The notes below the pieces were generated by a model. The model ran no database searches, was not told the origin of the DNA, and was given only the letters and a program-made list of their open reading frames with translations. A DNA stretch of 64,000 nt from Adineta vaga (taxonomy: Eukaryota; Animalia; Rotifera): NCBI GenBank assembly GCA_021613535.1, contig CP075495.1:6572001-6636000 (forward strand), in the 5' to 3' direction. Shown piece by piece: positions 13,580 through 29,020 of this stretch. Position numbers and translations under genes: made by a program. The number at the start of each line of letters is the position of its first letter. The stretch's first letter is position 1.

Positions 13580-16500
13580 CTAACCTGCAACTTGACGACT
13601 TTTTTCTTTTGCTTCTTCAGCAAGTAACGATTGTAAATTCAAAGCCTAAAATTTCAAATAGTATTCATTTAATCGAGTCATGAAAATATTCGATGAATTC
13701 ATTACTTTTTCACGCTCTTTGTCAATTCGTTGATAACTGTAAGATGAATGATTGTTTGTTTCATGATAATCAAGTTCATTGATATCTTGCATACTAGAAA
13801 GTAGAGATTGGACATAAGACAAAAATAGAGAATCATTATTATATTTAACATTCTTACCTTTGTTTCGAAAGCATTTTTCGTACTTCTTCTTTTTTCTTCA
13901 TTTTTGCTAAACGTTCATTCGGTGTTAATAAATGATCATCATTACCAAAATCAATTAATCGATCTGGGATATCAACTTTATCTGGTCGATAGATCTATTT
14001 CAAACGAAAATATTCAATTCCATTTCAAGCATTCAAAAATTCGATTTTACTTCTTTATCGATTGTATCTATATCAAAATCTTTCTTTGCTTCCATATTTG
14101 TACGTGTAAGTGGATATGGTTTAAGAATACTCTAAATTGAGAAATAGAACAATAATCGTATGTTATTTTGCTCAAAAATATATTTACATTTGGTATAATT
14201 CCTTGATCACGTCGTGCAGATTTTACCGTAGCCATACGTGTTGTTGTTGTTGTTGTTGTATTATTATTGTTATTATTACTATTATTTGTATTTAAATGTA
14301 AACTATTCTTTCTTGGTGTCCATGTCGTTGGTGTTCGTAATCCATCACGATCCTAGATAAATAAAAGACAATCGTTTAATGAGAGAATACAATTATATAC
14401 GAACAAAATCATCCATTGATGGACCACGAACTGGTTCAGTTGAATCAGCATAACGTGTCATTGATGCTGATCTTGGTTCTTAAAATTATTAAAAGAAAAA
14501 CCGAAGTATTCATTTGATTTGTAAAAAATTTTGTTCGTTCTATTTACTTATTGGACTTGGACTTCCAGTACGCCATTCATAATTATCATTCATGTAATTA
14601 TTACTGCGATAGTTTGGACTACCATCTATGAGAAAAAAAACATGTTATCATAAAAGAAGATTTATATATCTCATTTCTTACTAAGCTGATACTGTTGCTT
14701 TATAGGTGTGTGCATACTTAATGGTCGTGATAGGTGACGTGGTGATCGAGAAAATTCATCCTAGATTTGATTAAATAAATTTTTTTTATTATCGAATTAA
14801 ATATTTTCATACTTTTGTTCGTTCAGAATGATTTCTTGGTTTTAATGTATCAATATCTGTTTCATTACGTGAACGCCAAGCAGTACTACCATTACGATTG
14901 AATGATGTATTGCCTATATAGTTCATTAACAAAAAAATTCAACTGATTTCTTTTTTATTTTACCTTCATCAAATAATGGAATTGTATTAACATGAGATAT
15001 GATATATCTTTCTAACGAACGTAAATTATTCACTAATTCTGTTAATTGCTATACAAAATTATTGAGAATAATATGAATGATTTGATTTTTTTTATTCAAA
15101 TAAGATTGTTTACCTGACTAACATGAGATACATAACCATCAGTTGTAGTAATTTGTTCTCGTAATAATGGTAGAATATTTTCAACACGATTTTGTTCATT
15201 AGGAGAGTATATTTGCCGATTCCATTGAAGTAATGATGTAAAATCATTTAATAATGACTAGAAAAAAACAAATCGAAGATTTTAATTCAAATTCAATCGA
15301 TATTATTGACATACATGATGTTGAAGTAATGTTGATAATTCATCTTGAAGTTGAACAGCTATAATGAATAAAGATTAAATGAATATTCGTTTGTATAGGA
15401 AGGAATTTGTTCCTAACCTAATTTATCTTCATGTAATACTCGATCAATATCATTCTATTGAAAGAAAGAAAGAAAGAAAAAAAGATGTAGAGAAAGTGAT
15501 TAATAAACAGATCATATTACTACCAGAATAGATAATTGAATATCATGTGGATCTTTACGAGAATTTAATGTTTGTATTAAATTAATTAAAGTTGAACGAC
15601 GTTGTAGAAATGTTGTCTATTTAGAAAAAAAAGAATATATTGAATTTAATAATACATCTATTTATTTAAATGAATCTTTAGAAAATTGCTAACCTCACTC
15701 TGCATTCTTGACCATTCATATGTTGACATATCTTTAAGTAAATGTTGAAGATCGATCATCTATGTAAATAGAATACAGAGAGAAAAGATTTCAATTTTGA
15801 TTAATTCATTTTCAAATACTTTTTGTTCCCATATTGGTTTCGAACGTTGTAATTGTTCAGCCATTTTTCGACAATGTTGAAGAAAAACTGATTGTTGAGT
15901 TGATACACTAAATGTCGCTTGTTTTATTTTTCAAAATCATTTTATCAATTATCTTTACCTGTTTTTCAAAAAACCATTTCCTCCATATAATTGATCAGTC
16001 ATTTTTTCATAGAATGTTATGATATGATTAAGTAATTCAACATATCGTTTGATAATTCTTGAAGATTTCACCATTGGTTCGTGCTAATTAGAATAGAAGT
16101 AATCAGAATTAGTTCGTTTTTTTTTCTTTTTAGAAATTTCATTTTACATGATCATGTTCAAAACGTTGACTCCCACTTATATTTGACATAACCGATATTG
16201 GTCGAGTTGGGACAGCTAACAAGAAGAAGAAGAAGAAATGTTAGATTTGATTAGTTTATTCAAATGTTTTGCTAAATCTCTTACGCATTGGCCGAGTTGG
16301 TGATTGAGAAGAATTGAACTAAAGAATGAAAATATGTGTAGACGATAGAAAAGAGAGAAAAAAAACAATTAATACGGAGATCAATATTGACCAGATGACC
16401 CCCGTATGTATCAATAGTAATCATCGACTTCAATACAAATTAGTGTACATATTCATATTAGCAAAAAAACGAAGATAAAGAGAAATGATACTCAACTTTC

Positions 16501-19500
16501 TTCTCATTAGATACATATATGAATGCTTAGAATGATGTCCCGAACTGATTAAACATATAAAAGAATATGATCTCATTTTTTTGTGACCCAGAAAAGTATA
16601 AAGACAAGATATAAATGAGTATACACATATACGCTAATCATTGAGCGAGAGAAACTTACTCCGCCTCGTTTACTAGTCATTCGTGGTGATTGGGTCCAAG
16701 CATTATTGTATGAAGGTGGACGAGTTATCTGGTTAGTTCCACCACGAAGATCTCTTGAAAAAAAATAAACATCATTTTCAATCATTTTTTTTTCTCAAAT
16801 TAATTATCAGCTTAGTGTCATTAAACAAACCTTTCTAGCATACGATTTTGCCAAGCCATTAATTCATTTTCAGCATATATTCTTGGATGATTATTTGGAC
16901 TTATTCGAGGTCGTTCATGGTATTGATATTGTTGTTGATAAGATTGTGTAAGATGAGACGGAGGAGGAGGAGGAGGAGGAGATGTACTAGTTGTAGGTGT
17001 TGCAAAATCACCAATTGATTTGGATCGTCGACGTAATATTGATCTTGTTGATGATTGTCGAGATCGAGTTGTTGGAGACATATATTGATGACGAGGTGAT
17101 TCGTTTGATGGATAAAAATCAGATTGAACAACTCGACTTGGTCCAAGAACAAGACGATCAACGACAGCAATATCGTTTCCTTCACGATGTCTCGTCAGTG
17201 TTGGTGTTCGTAATTTAAAACGTTGAGGAGGAGTTGATCTATCTACAAGACGTTCATTATAATCATCTGTCAATTCATCTATTCGTCTTGATGTCCTCGT
17301 GATTGTACGATGATCATTGTTTTTATGATTATTGTTTGATGTAAATGATGACGGTGTCTGTCCGTTTGCTGAGCGATTAACGTCAAAGCCCCATGAACCC
17401 ATCGTTGCCGATGACGACTGATGAATAACACCATTGCCATTACCTGTATGAGTAGGATAGGATGACGGCGGTGAAGAAGGTGCATGATGCCAACGATTAT
17501 TATAATCAATATCTTCTTCTTCTTCTTCTTCATAAGATCCTAGAAATCGATTTTGTTCATTTAATGTTGATGTAGCTGCAACAGGCATTGTTGGTTTATA
17601 CGATCTAAAGGAAGTAGAAATGAGAAGAGATGAAAAGAAATAATCGTAGTTGAATAAGAAAAAGAAGAAGAAGAAAGATGAAAGAATAATAGTAACTATT
17701 TATATTATTTTAAAAAATTGATTTCTTTATTTTCAATATTATTTTAGTATACCTGTTGCTTCTTCGTGTCATTTTTTCAGATTAAAAAAGCAAATAGAAT
17801 TCTCTTCGTTTTTGTCTTGCTGTTGCGTCGTCATTACAAAGAATAGTAAAGAGTAAATTTTCATATTCGAACGGATGAATGTATGAATAAAACAGATCGA
17901 CTAGAGAATGGTGGGATGGCGATGGCGATGATGGCGCAGCTAGCTACCGTTTGTATCGAACGGAAGAAACAGAGCAATAAGACGGTACAAACAGAAAGAG
18001 AAAAAAATTGAGAAAAAAAAACCCGAGAGAAGAGAACTTTGGTTCAATATTCGATTACACAAATTGACACATAGACAAACCAGTAGTGAATATAGGGCTG
18101 TTTCTCTCTCTCTCTCCCCTTTTCTGTTTCTTTATTTCTCGTACGCGCACGTACTGAATGAAGCTGAGGTTGAATGAAGAAAGAGATCGAACGCAAATGT
18201 ACATAAATAGAATTATGTATGTACCGACTAACGTCTCAATGTTGCATCACAGAAGTCTATTGACGGAATAAAGAAAGATTAAAAGGGTGAAGGAAATGCT
18301 CATATTGATCATTGATCATTATTATCATCGTGATCATCATCATGATCATCATTGTTCAACTTGTTTTCGAAATTCACAAGGCTATGTCAGTCAGTAACCA
18401 GGTCATTTTCACTTTTCTGGTCATATACATATACATATACGTATATATATACAAATCGATAATTGATGATTGACGAGCTCGTTCACTTACTTTCATATGA
18501 GACACTTTAAAAGCTGTCAAAAAGAAGTATAGAGGATACGGAGGCGTAAAGGTGTTGGCGACAAGAGTAATAGTATGTAGTAAGCGTTCGTCTTTTTTTC
18601 TTTTCTTTTCGAATACATATATAAAGAGACCTTCTTGTCATTTAATTAGAACTATTGTAAAGTGAAGAAGAAAAAAACAGAAATACAAAAAAAAAGAGGA
18701 GGGATGAACAACAAGCAAGTGCGATAGAGAAGAAAAGTTTCACATGGGAGTGATGATGATCTATTGCATAAAAAAAAAGATCATCGAATATATACACAGC
18801 ATGCATGATAGTAATGGCAATGTTGACTTAAATCTTAATCGGACCTCAGACACTTCCCATGTTCATATAGGTCATCGGCGCATGTGTATAGAGATGTATA
18901 CTTAGTTACTGCTGTGATGGTTGATGTACAGACACTAATCTCAAACAAGGCCAACGTAAGAAATAACAAGGGCATATGTATATATGAATAGAGTAATGTT
19001 AAATCTTCTTGATCAATAAAACTTACTTGAGAAATAAAGTTTGTTTCAAACTTTTCATCTTTTAATACAGAGAGTACTTGTCTTTTACTTAATATATATA
19101 TATATATATATAACCTACTATTCCGTTATCTACTTCTCCTTTTTCTTTTTTTTTATACTTGCCGTTTAATAATACATTCTATCTTACTATCACTCGTCCG
19201 TTCGTATAGATATAGATGGCATTCAATGTTCTTTTTGTCTTGACCTATACACCTTAAAAGGAAAAAACAAATCCTCTTTTGCGCTCAATCGAATCTGGTA
19301 GCTCCCATCTAGCTTCTCAAATTTCTCCAACTGTCTTATCGATATTCAAAGGTACACATATATACATATGAATAGAAGAACAATTTTTCTTCTCGTCTTC
19401 TTCTTCTTCTTCTTCTTCTTCTTCTTTATATTACTCTGACTAGCGTTACTATTACTTTAAAGTAAACTTGTCACTATACATCAAAGCATAGAACATAACA

Positions 19501-20734
19501 TGAACAAGGGACACTGCGTTCATCCATCTATACATAAAATTACAAAAACAGTGTCGAACACTTTTCAATGTAGAGCCTTGCGTGCACACGCGTTCGTCGT
19601 CGCCGGCGGTGCAGAATTGAAAATTGATAATATTAGATGGCTGCACCAAAGAATACAGGTAGACGTTATGTGAAGAGCAACCTATATATGTATATATGCA
19701 TGTATGCGACTACAATCATTCATGGAACAGTACAGACATTGCTTCACGTCGCAATTGAGATGCAAATTGCCTTTTTTCTTCTCTGTCGTAGATTTTTTTT
19801 CTTGATCATTGTGAAATAGCTTTGTTCATCAGACACAAACGAAGGGAAAGAGAGAGAGAGAGAGAGCGTGTAATATAATAGAAAAGGACAGTTATTTTCT
19901 TTGAAAATGGCGTTCGTTTGTTTCTTTCTGAATACAAATTTTTCTTACTTATATTGTGATCTTGAACCGTTATTCTTCATCCGACCATTATAATCTAATT
20001 CAATATTGGTATCAATTGAATGTAAATTAGGATCAAAATAAGAACTAATCGATGAATATTAAAGAAAAAAGAGACTAAATACAAAAATACATTAAATGCT
20101 TCGTTACTCGACAAGAACATCATTGGTTATCGATGCTGAAAGACGTAAAGCATTGATCCATTGTGTCATTGATGATTTATTATCAGCAGCAAAATAAATT
20201 GGTTTGGTATTTGTTGAATTAGGATCATATATCTAATTAATTGAATGATTTATTATTAGCTTTGTTTATTACTCTCATATGAAAAATTGATTTCAATTAC
20301 TTTAAAAGAATATCCTTTATGTGAAATTGAATCATTTGAATTCGTTACTGATGCACGATAATTATTAATATTGATCGTTCTTTCCAAACGTTTATAAAGT
20401 GAATCTTAAAAGAGAGAGTAAATCAAATATAATCATTAAAAGTTTGTTTTAGTAATGATATATAAAACAAATAGAAGTTTTACCTTGATATATGGACAAT
20501 TGTTGATCTTGTAATTGAAGCCATCGTTTTTTCCAATGTTTAAATGGTTTATTGGCATAATAAATATGTAAATTACCTGAGTTTTTAACGGGATTTGAAC
20601 TATAGAAGAAGAAAAAAGAGAGTGAAAAATTTATTTCAATTAATTAATTCGATAATTAATAATTTATTTCTTCACTATCTCACTTGTTCAATTGTTGTAA
20701 ATAGGACATCTGATTGATATTGATCTTTTAACAT
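13580..20734 (-). CDS. PLEKHA5/6/7-like (kramer-like) PH-domain junctional scaffold, many exons
   Basis: N-terminal PH domain in four small exons at 20734-20108 (NSGNLHIYYANKPFKHWKKRWLQLQDQQLSIY...IYFAADNKSSMTQWINALR), joined by a phase-2 intron to 17604. S/P-rich exon 17604 to about 16830, then coiled-coil exons. C-terminal signature PDKVDIPDRLID...EEVRKMLSKQS...LLAEEAKEKSRQVAG resembles the PLEKHA5/6/7 tail (PDKVxIPERY...EASQRSKQVA). The exact last exon is uncertain. Confidence 0.75.
19397..19424. repeat. (TTC)n microsatellite
   Basis: tcttcttcttc... run in the large PLEKHA intron. Confidence 0.8.
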
Positions 20735-21936
20735 GTATTCTCCTCCTTCAATTATTCATCATCGTCAGTTTAAATTAAACCATTGAAAAAGTCATAAAGC
20801 AGAAAAAATCGAAGAAGAAAGAATCGATGCAGAGAGAGAGAGAGAGAAAAGAAAAGAGATGCAGAAAAATTTGATCTATTTCTCTCTATCAATCAATCGA
20901 CCTTGTCCGTGCGCGTTTAGATTAAATATAAGAATCAAACAAAAAAAACGCGAACGCATGGGAAAAAACATTTTCTAAATAAACAGACTATGCACTGCCC
21001 GATCAACTTCATCATCAACTAGAGATAAGAACATAGTTCGTACATATATACCTGCACGTGTATGTCTATCTATATGCAGTTCATTTGTCGGACACGATAG
21101 ACTCTACCTGTTATTAGTCATTGTCGATGTTGAAAATCAATTTGAGAATGATTAACAGTTGTTTTGCCTTCATAATTTATATAAATATATAGTTCGATTT
21201 TTTCATTAGAAAAATTTCGAAAGAAAAATCATTATTATTATTACCTACTATCGTTCGTTTCGTAGCTATTAATACTATGACAAGAGAGACAGAGAGAGAG
21301 AAGAAAGAATAGGAGAACGTCTTTTTCCTTTCTTCCTTATTTTAAATCATGATGGAAGAAACAGAACACATCAGTCACTGATGCCGGAAAAAATGAATCT
21401 AATCACACCTTACTGCATAAGCAAACAAGTGACATATATACATATATACTACTTGTCGTAAAGCCACAGGCACATGTGCTCATAAACCAATTGAGTCACA
21501 TACACTTTTTTCTTGATGAAGTGTACTTTTTTCTCTCTAAATCATCGTTTTTGAGATAAATTTACATATAAGTGAAGTGAGATATATAGATCTAGTCAAT
21601 GTTTGTAACATCAAGGATATATGTTATACAAGACTGAAGAGAGAAAAAAAATACATTCACACAGCAAAAAAAGAAAACCGAAAGAGAAAAGAAAAATACA
21701 CACATATTTGTCTGTATGTATATATCATCTATACACTATATATTTTAATTTGCTTGTATTCTATCAAATACAACAAAATCGACATGTTTTGTTTTCTTTT
21801 TTCGAATCTTTCTATCTATAAGATATATGTGCTATACATATGAATATTCGATTATTGCAAATAAACGAGAAACAAAAGAAAAATAGTTCAATTGAGAATA
21901 TTGGATTTACAAAAATCTATGTATATTCTGTTCGTT

Positions 21937-24900
21937 TTAAAGTTTGCCTTTGATACGACGATTAGATTTTGGTGATGGTGAAGAAGATGATGATGACACT
22001 GAACGTAATTGAGGTTTTTCATATGGATAATTCACTCGAGCACGACTGGAATTATTCGTAGGAGTTTTTCGAGTTTTATTTCCATTCATTGGTGGTGAGT
22101 CTAAATAGATACAAAACAAATTAGTCTAATATAGATTTCTATGCAAAGAAAGCTTTAGATTAATGATGTCTATTTGAACATATTAATAGCTAATAGTTTC
22201 AATCAAAATACTTATCACGCAAGATTCTTTTCTTTCTAATCGTATATGGGATTAAATAAAAGAAAAATCCAATTTTAATAATAATAATAAAAAACTGAAT
22301 TCTCTATTCTCAATTGCAAATTTTGTCCTTCTTTAAAAAATGCATCATATCAGATTGGTTCATAAAAAATTCATGTATTCAATAGAAAATGTTTGATCTT
22401 TAATTGTGAATCGAAACTAAACCAATTGAAATTAAAATTTATATATATATATTTTCTTTTCATTTTTCATACGATCTGTTGATTTTGAACACGTTTATTT
22501 AACATACATATTCGATTGATGAGGTGTGAATAGCAAGCAAGAAAATGATTACCTCAATGTCAAAAAGTATGTGATTATAAACTTCAACTTTTTTCTTTTT
22601 TTCTTTACTATTCAAATATCACACTAACAACTCCAAGGTCAGATGTTTTCGAGTGGATAGACGGCGCTCCATTTCTTTTCTTCTTTATCAAGTACTAGAG
22701 ATTATAAAACCCATTTTTTGCATTTCAGACAGTAGTCTGATAGTTTATGAGTTCGAAGTTTTTTTTATTGAATTTGATTTTATGCAGACATTAGAGAATA
22801 ATAAATATAATAAAGATCAATATAACGAATGTCAGTTTCTTTTTCTCTAGGTCGAATCATTTCAAATGAAAGAAAGAAAACATCTCTTACTTGAATTCGT
22901 ATCTTCTTCCACATGATTACTTGTTTGTCGTTTTCTTTTGTTGGCAATTGGTGAAACTTTTCGTTTCTTTATTGAATTTCCTACTTGATTATCCTCATTC
23001 GTTTGTTTTCGTCGTCTTGGTTTTCCTGGTGTCGTTTCAATTGTAATACTTGATGTTGTCGCCAAATTTGTCTCTGAATTAGCTGTACGTTTAATTGTTG
23101 ATGTTGGTGTATCACTCACAGTTGTTGTTGTTGTTGTTTGTAATAGGTTTAAGTTTAATTTTAAAATCTTTTGGTAAATATGATATATGATTATAACGTA
23201 TTTTTTTAAAATACATTTCTGGTAATGGTACATTTGAACTAGCACGACAAATCATTAAAGATGATGCACGTTGAGACAGAATAACGTAAGCTAGATCAAC
23301 AAGTACATGTAATTTTTTTAATGAATCTTTTCTTTCAGCTTTTTCCTCTTTATCTGATGATATAGTTGCATCTTCCGAAGATTTTATTGAACGTAATAAA
23401 CCTTTATAAAATAGACCAACAGTTGTATCACAACGTAATAATAAGGCATCTAATAAAAATAAAATATAATCCGTCATTGTATGTAACATTTCAATATCAT
23501 CATAGAGAATAAATGCTGGTGATTTCGAAAGAAAGAAAAGAAAATACGTTAGAGAGTATTCGGGATATAACGTATAATCAATTGGTTTTTCATCTGTTGT
23601 TGACGAACTATTTTCATCATCATTATCATTCGTCATATCAATATGATCGAAACCATTGTTCGATTCATGACCATTACTTGTATGAACTGTTTTATAGGAT
23701 AATTGTAGTTTAATATGTTCACGACGTGTATCAATGATTTGTAACATTGAACGACGAATTTGTTCACGATGCTCACGTTCAGGTTCTTTGGCGGCAAAGG
23801 CTAATAGAGCAAGTAATTCAATAGGACATGTTGGATCACGTAAATGTTCAGCAAGTTTACGATATGTTCGTTGACGAATTAATGAAGATGGATCCTGAGC
23901 AATAATAAAATTAGTTTGATTTTAAAGAAAATAATACAATAAAAATGAAAAATCTTACTCGAAGAAGTGTCATAATCATAAGAAAATCATCAGGTTTTAT
24001 ACGTGTATAAAAATATGGATTACAGATTAATTTTAATAAGCACGTTAAACCACAAAGACGAATGTAGATAATTTCACTTTCACTAAAAACAAAAATCGAA
24101 TGTCAAAACATTTTCACTCAGTCCTGTAAAGAATTAAACGTGAAAAGACTGTATCAATAGTCTGTTTAATACCTCATTTCTCCGGTAAAATCTTGATCTT
24201 TTTCAACACATTTTCGTATAAGTTTATATGTAATTGTAAATAATGAACTTGAATTTTCACGTAAACCTAATACAGCTCGTGTCATTGCTTTGATTAATTC
24301 ACGCTGAAAGAGAAGAAAAAACATTCAACTTTGAAAATCTATCCATTCTCAGATCAAATTACTTTAACACGCGTATCCGCTCCAATTTCTGGATCTGAAT
24401 GTGGTTCATCAACTAATAAAGTAAAATGTCCATGTAAAAATGAACTTGTCATATTATCTTCATCATCTTGATCATTAGTCTGTTGTTTATCAATAACATA
24501 TTTTGATATATTATTAAGTATTCGTTTTCCAATGTCTCCGATCGCTGTCGGTGCTGTTTGTATCATATGACCAAGTAAAACAAGTCGAGTTATAAATTGA
24601 TCACTATCAAATTGATCATATTGTGTATCCTAAATGAATAATTTAACAACGATAAGATATAAATCAAAGTTTTTCTCATTCATTTTTACATCAATCAGTT
24701 TTTGTAGTATTTCATCTTTTTCATCGGGATGTAATGCACACATACAATAGAGTGCACGTTTGGCAATTGGTGGATGAAGTGTTAAATATGAAGAAAGTTC
24801 CGAATCCAAAAGTCTAAATTGAAAAAATTGTAAAATTCGTATGAGAAAAATTCTTTGCCAAATTTGCATACGTTAACATGCTAGTTTGCTTTGAAGTAAT

Positions 24901-27900
24901 GATTAATGGTGCACATGCTTCAATTGTACGTATAAGTATCGGTGCTAAAAGTAAGAAGGTATTTACAAAAAATTCATAAGCGTGATATAAGTTATGCTGT
25001 ACAAACCTAATTCAAGTACATGTTGTTTTAAAAGATTACAAAGAAGTTCAAGTGATTCTGAAGAATTGAAAATAAATGGATGTTGAATGAATACCTAAAT
25101 AGATACATGTTTTTTTTGATAATATTTTAATCTTTCAATTCAAACCTTCAATAATTGATTTATATTTTCATAATATAAAGCTGGTTGTTCTGGTTCTAGA
25201 AATAGATACGACCAAAAACGAATTTCTTTAGTGATCAATAGTTTTTTCTTTTTGATAATTACCATTTGATACTCGTTCGAATAAAAACTTAAGTAAATTA
25301 CTAACTGTTTCTTGATCAAATAAAAGTGTTGATATTTTTTCAAAGATTGTTTTGATTAAACCACACATTTTCGTGAACTGTCCCTGAATATTATTTTCTA
25401 CATTTGCTGTCGTCGCTGTTGTTGCTGTGGTTTGTTCTTCGGTCGTATTCGTTGGAAAACGCTTTTGCTCTTTTGCAGCTTCTTCTAATAACATCTGACC
25501 CATACCATTCTGAAACAATATTTTCATAATTTAATAGTAGATTATTTAGACTAACTTACAGCTAAAGCATAACATTCTTTGGATTTGATTCCATCAGAAA
25601 TAGCTTGTTTGAAGATTGATAAAATACTCGATTCATTCGAATTTGTCACCGATTGTTTATGATTTTTGATTGCGTAGATAGCAAATGCTTTTAATACCGA
25701 TTCATTTTTTTCGGGATTTGGTAAACTACCTGTGAATGGAATAAAGAATAGAATGGAATTTTAAGTGACATAGAAAGTAAACTGACGTAAAGCAATCGTA
25801 TGAATAAGATTAACAAGTTTTAATTCAATTAATTGTTTATCATCATTTGTAGTTTTAGAATCAGCCATTTGTAAACAAAAATCAATCAATTTGTCTAATT
25901 GACGACGAAATCTGAAAAACAACGATAAAATAAAGTAAGAATAGAAATTGTAAATTTAATAAATTATAACTTACAAAAATTTGCTGTGAATAATTTCACG
26001 AATTGCCCTAAAAAACACAAACGAAGATATTGTTGATTCGTATAGTTAATCTATTCTGACAATATTCTATTATACATTCCGATAGCGATATTATTTTCAG
26101 TTTATCTATCGATGTCATGAAAATAAAGAATAGAGAGAAAGGCACATCATCTGATACTGCGTATGTTCGAGATCTCATCTGCAAGTGTTCGTTAACAAAT
26201 TATCAAATATTCTTACCTTTGAGCATTTTCACTAACATTGGAATATAATGTAAATAAAACTCGTACTTTATCGTCTGTTTTAACATCCCATGGCATTAAA
26301 TAAAACGTCAAAAGTCTTTCTGCTAATAATCTAAAATCGACAATGTTTTTAATTTAAAGAAAATTTATTCAAATTTCTAACTTGTCTTGTGTAGTTTTTT
26401 GATAATACAAATGTATAATACAATTTGCAACCCATGTTAATTGTTTCTGTACATCATCCGACCAATTTGCAGCCGTACATTCTTTCTTATAAACATGTCC
26501 AAGATAATCGAGTGCTTCTTTTCGAACTTCCCACTAAAGACAATAGAGAGAAGTAACAATAAATGAATTTTTATTTTTCTCCTACAATTTTATCTCTAGC
26601 ACGTTCGCATAATATTTGTTTCATTTTATCACTGATATCGAATAGATTTGAATTCGTTATTGCACGAATTTGTGCCATAAGTTGTGAACGAATATTTGTG
26701 TCTGTTGAGAGACTTAATTGAATCATAACATCTGATATAGAGAAAAGTAATAATAAGATTTATTCTTGTTGAGTAAGAAGAGAAATTTACCTTCAAGATC
26801 AGATCTTAATTCTGGATGATTAACAAAATAACTTTTTAGATTTTTTACACAACTTGATTGAACTTCTGATGTACCATTTTTAAATCTAAATCAATCGAAA
26901 GGATAATTTTTAATTCAAGTGGATTTTCTCTTTTACTGATCAAGAAATGTGTTCCATAAAGTTTTATATCGTTCAGCAAAATCATTATTTGGTGCACTAG
27001 TTACATAAGCAATGATTTTTGCTGCATCACGTCGATGTTTTTCATTTGGTACCTAGAAGAAATGATTGTTATAAGGACTTTAGGTTGTCATTGAATTCTT
27101 ACTGTAAGTCGATGTTCAATTGTTGGAATGATTTCATCAACAATGGCTTCTGAAATATGACATAATTCATCAAAAATATAATAGATTTTTTGATGTAAAT
27201 GCAAAGATTCTGTATCTTCTGTAATAAGAACTGCTTTGAAATACTGAAAAAAATAAGATTATCAAGAAAAGAATGTTGATTTAGTATAAGCATAACTTAC
27301 TTCAGCAATAGCTGGTTTAATAAATGATTCACTTCGACGAATAATTGATTCTACTAATTCATAACATTCTTCACGTAATTTCTAATTAATAAAATGAAAA
27401 TTTAATGATTAATTGTGAATTTTGGTCAGTTCGCATGTTTTTTTTCTCTACTAAATATTTGTATAAGAGTTTGAATTATACACATCTGAGTCTATCCAAT
27501 CAAACGGATCGAATATACATAGTGATAAACAAAAGAAAACTTTCAAGATGTTTCTTTCTAATTTAAAAAGTTATATGGTTGCTGCATTATATATTCATTT
27601 AATCAAATCGAACATAAATATGTCGCATTCAATAGAATTGATTCTCATTCTTTCTTTTCTAATTCAAATTAGTAATTAATAGTTCATGAGTATATTTCTA
27701 CCTTTTCAGGATCAATAATTCTTGCAAAAAGTAATTCTAATAACGAAAATGGTATTGTTTCATATTCAGCCAAAATCACCGAAATAATATCAACTATTAA
27801 ATTCTTCAATTGATCTGTATGTTTTTTTCTATACGAAACAAGAAAAATCATGTATTTCCTTTTTCAAATCTACTCTATACGAATCACATACTGTACAGCA

Positions 27901-28559
27901 TTGAACAAGTTTGTTAATACAACCGTACTTATTCGACAACCACGATTATCTTCTAAATTCACTGCTGGTATAAATGATTGTACCATACTTAAGTTCTAGA
28001 AATAGAGAAAATTGAATATTATTATTCTTTTTGAATCAATCTCTTTGATTTACTTCAAGTAGATAATAACGTCGTGTAAATAAGGGATCATCAATCTTCT
28101 TCAATCCAAGTAATTGTCGAGCAAGAAAAAGAAACATATTCTTAAAGAAAAAGATAGTTCTTCAACGAAAAGAATTATTTTGAATGGTTTTTACGAGCAT
28201 TTTTTCTTGCGGTACTTCAGGTAAATTCGGTGCATAGATACGAATAATATCCGCTAGACATATTGCTGCATAAAGTTGTATATCAGCACGTTCATGTAAA
28301 TAGAAGAAATCATCCAGTAATGTCTTATAAAGTCCTGTGAAAAAGTGTCGTTTTTCATAATTTTGCGGTAAAGATTGTAGTAGTCTTTGATTTTTCTTTT
28401 TTTTTATAAAAAAAAACAAAACAAGATAAATAAACAATATGTCAAAAAGAATTTATTTACAGTTAAATTATCGAGAAGTTTATTTGTTGGTAAACTTGGA
28501 TTAACGCTTAAAACTTGTGATGGTAAAACATCAGGAACAGTACCTGATGATGTTGCCAT
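21937..28559 (-). CDS. PDS5: Sister chromatid cohesion protein PDS5 homolog (HEAT repeats), about 20 exons
   Basis: ATG 28559 (MATSSGTVPDVLP...). DIQLYAAICLADIIRIYAPNLP matches the PDS5 N-terminal motif. Also ERARDK, EVRKEALDYLGHVYK, LTWVANCIIHLYYQ, LYPEYSLTYFLFFLS, and a basic low-complexity C-terminus (terminal exon about 22100-21937). Confidence 0.88.
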
Positions 28560-29020
28560 TTGATTAAAGTATAATCAAAAACAATTGTGATAAAAAAAAG
28601 AGAAATAAAACAAACTGATTTCTTTGTTCGACTTTATGACTCTTTTCATTGGTTTATAACTCGTAATATTGGATAGATGTCGTTACATATCCGAACACAT
28701 CACTGTTCGTTTGTCAAAAATCAGTATGATGAGTTATTGGTGTATAATAGAACTCAAAAGTACAATTCTCTTTGTTGAAACTATTATAAAGTTTAAAATG
28801 TTTTATTTGAAAACAAAATCGCAGAGAAGATTTATTCATTTCAATTCAATATCAGAAAACATACGTCAATCTCACCAAAACGCAATCATTCTCTTGTGAA
28901 AAACAAACAGAGTATAATAAAGTAAGATTCTTAATTTAAAACAAAAACAGATTTATTGGACGGATTGTATCAGTTTCATTTTGTTTGATAAAACTAATAC
29001 AAACAAAAGATCTTCATTCT

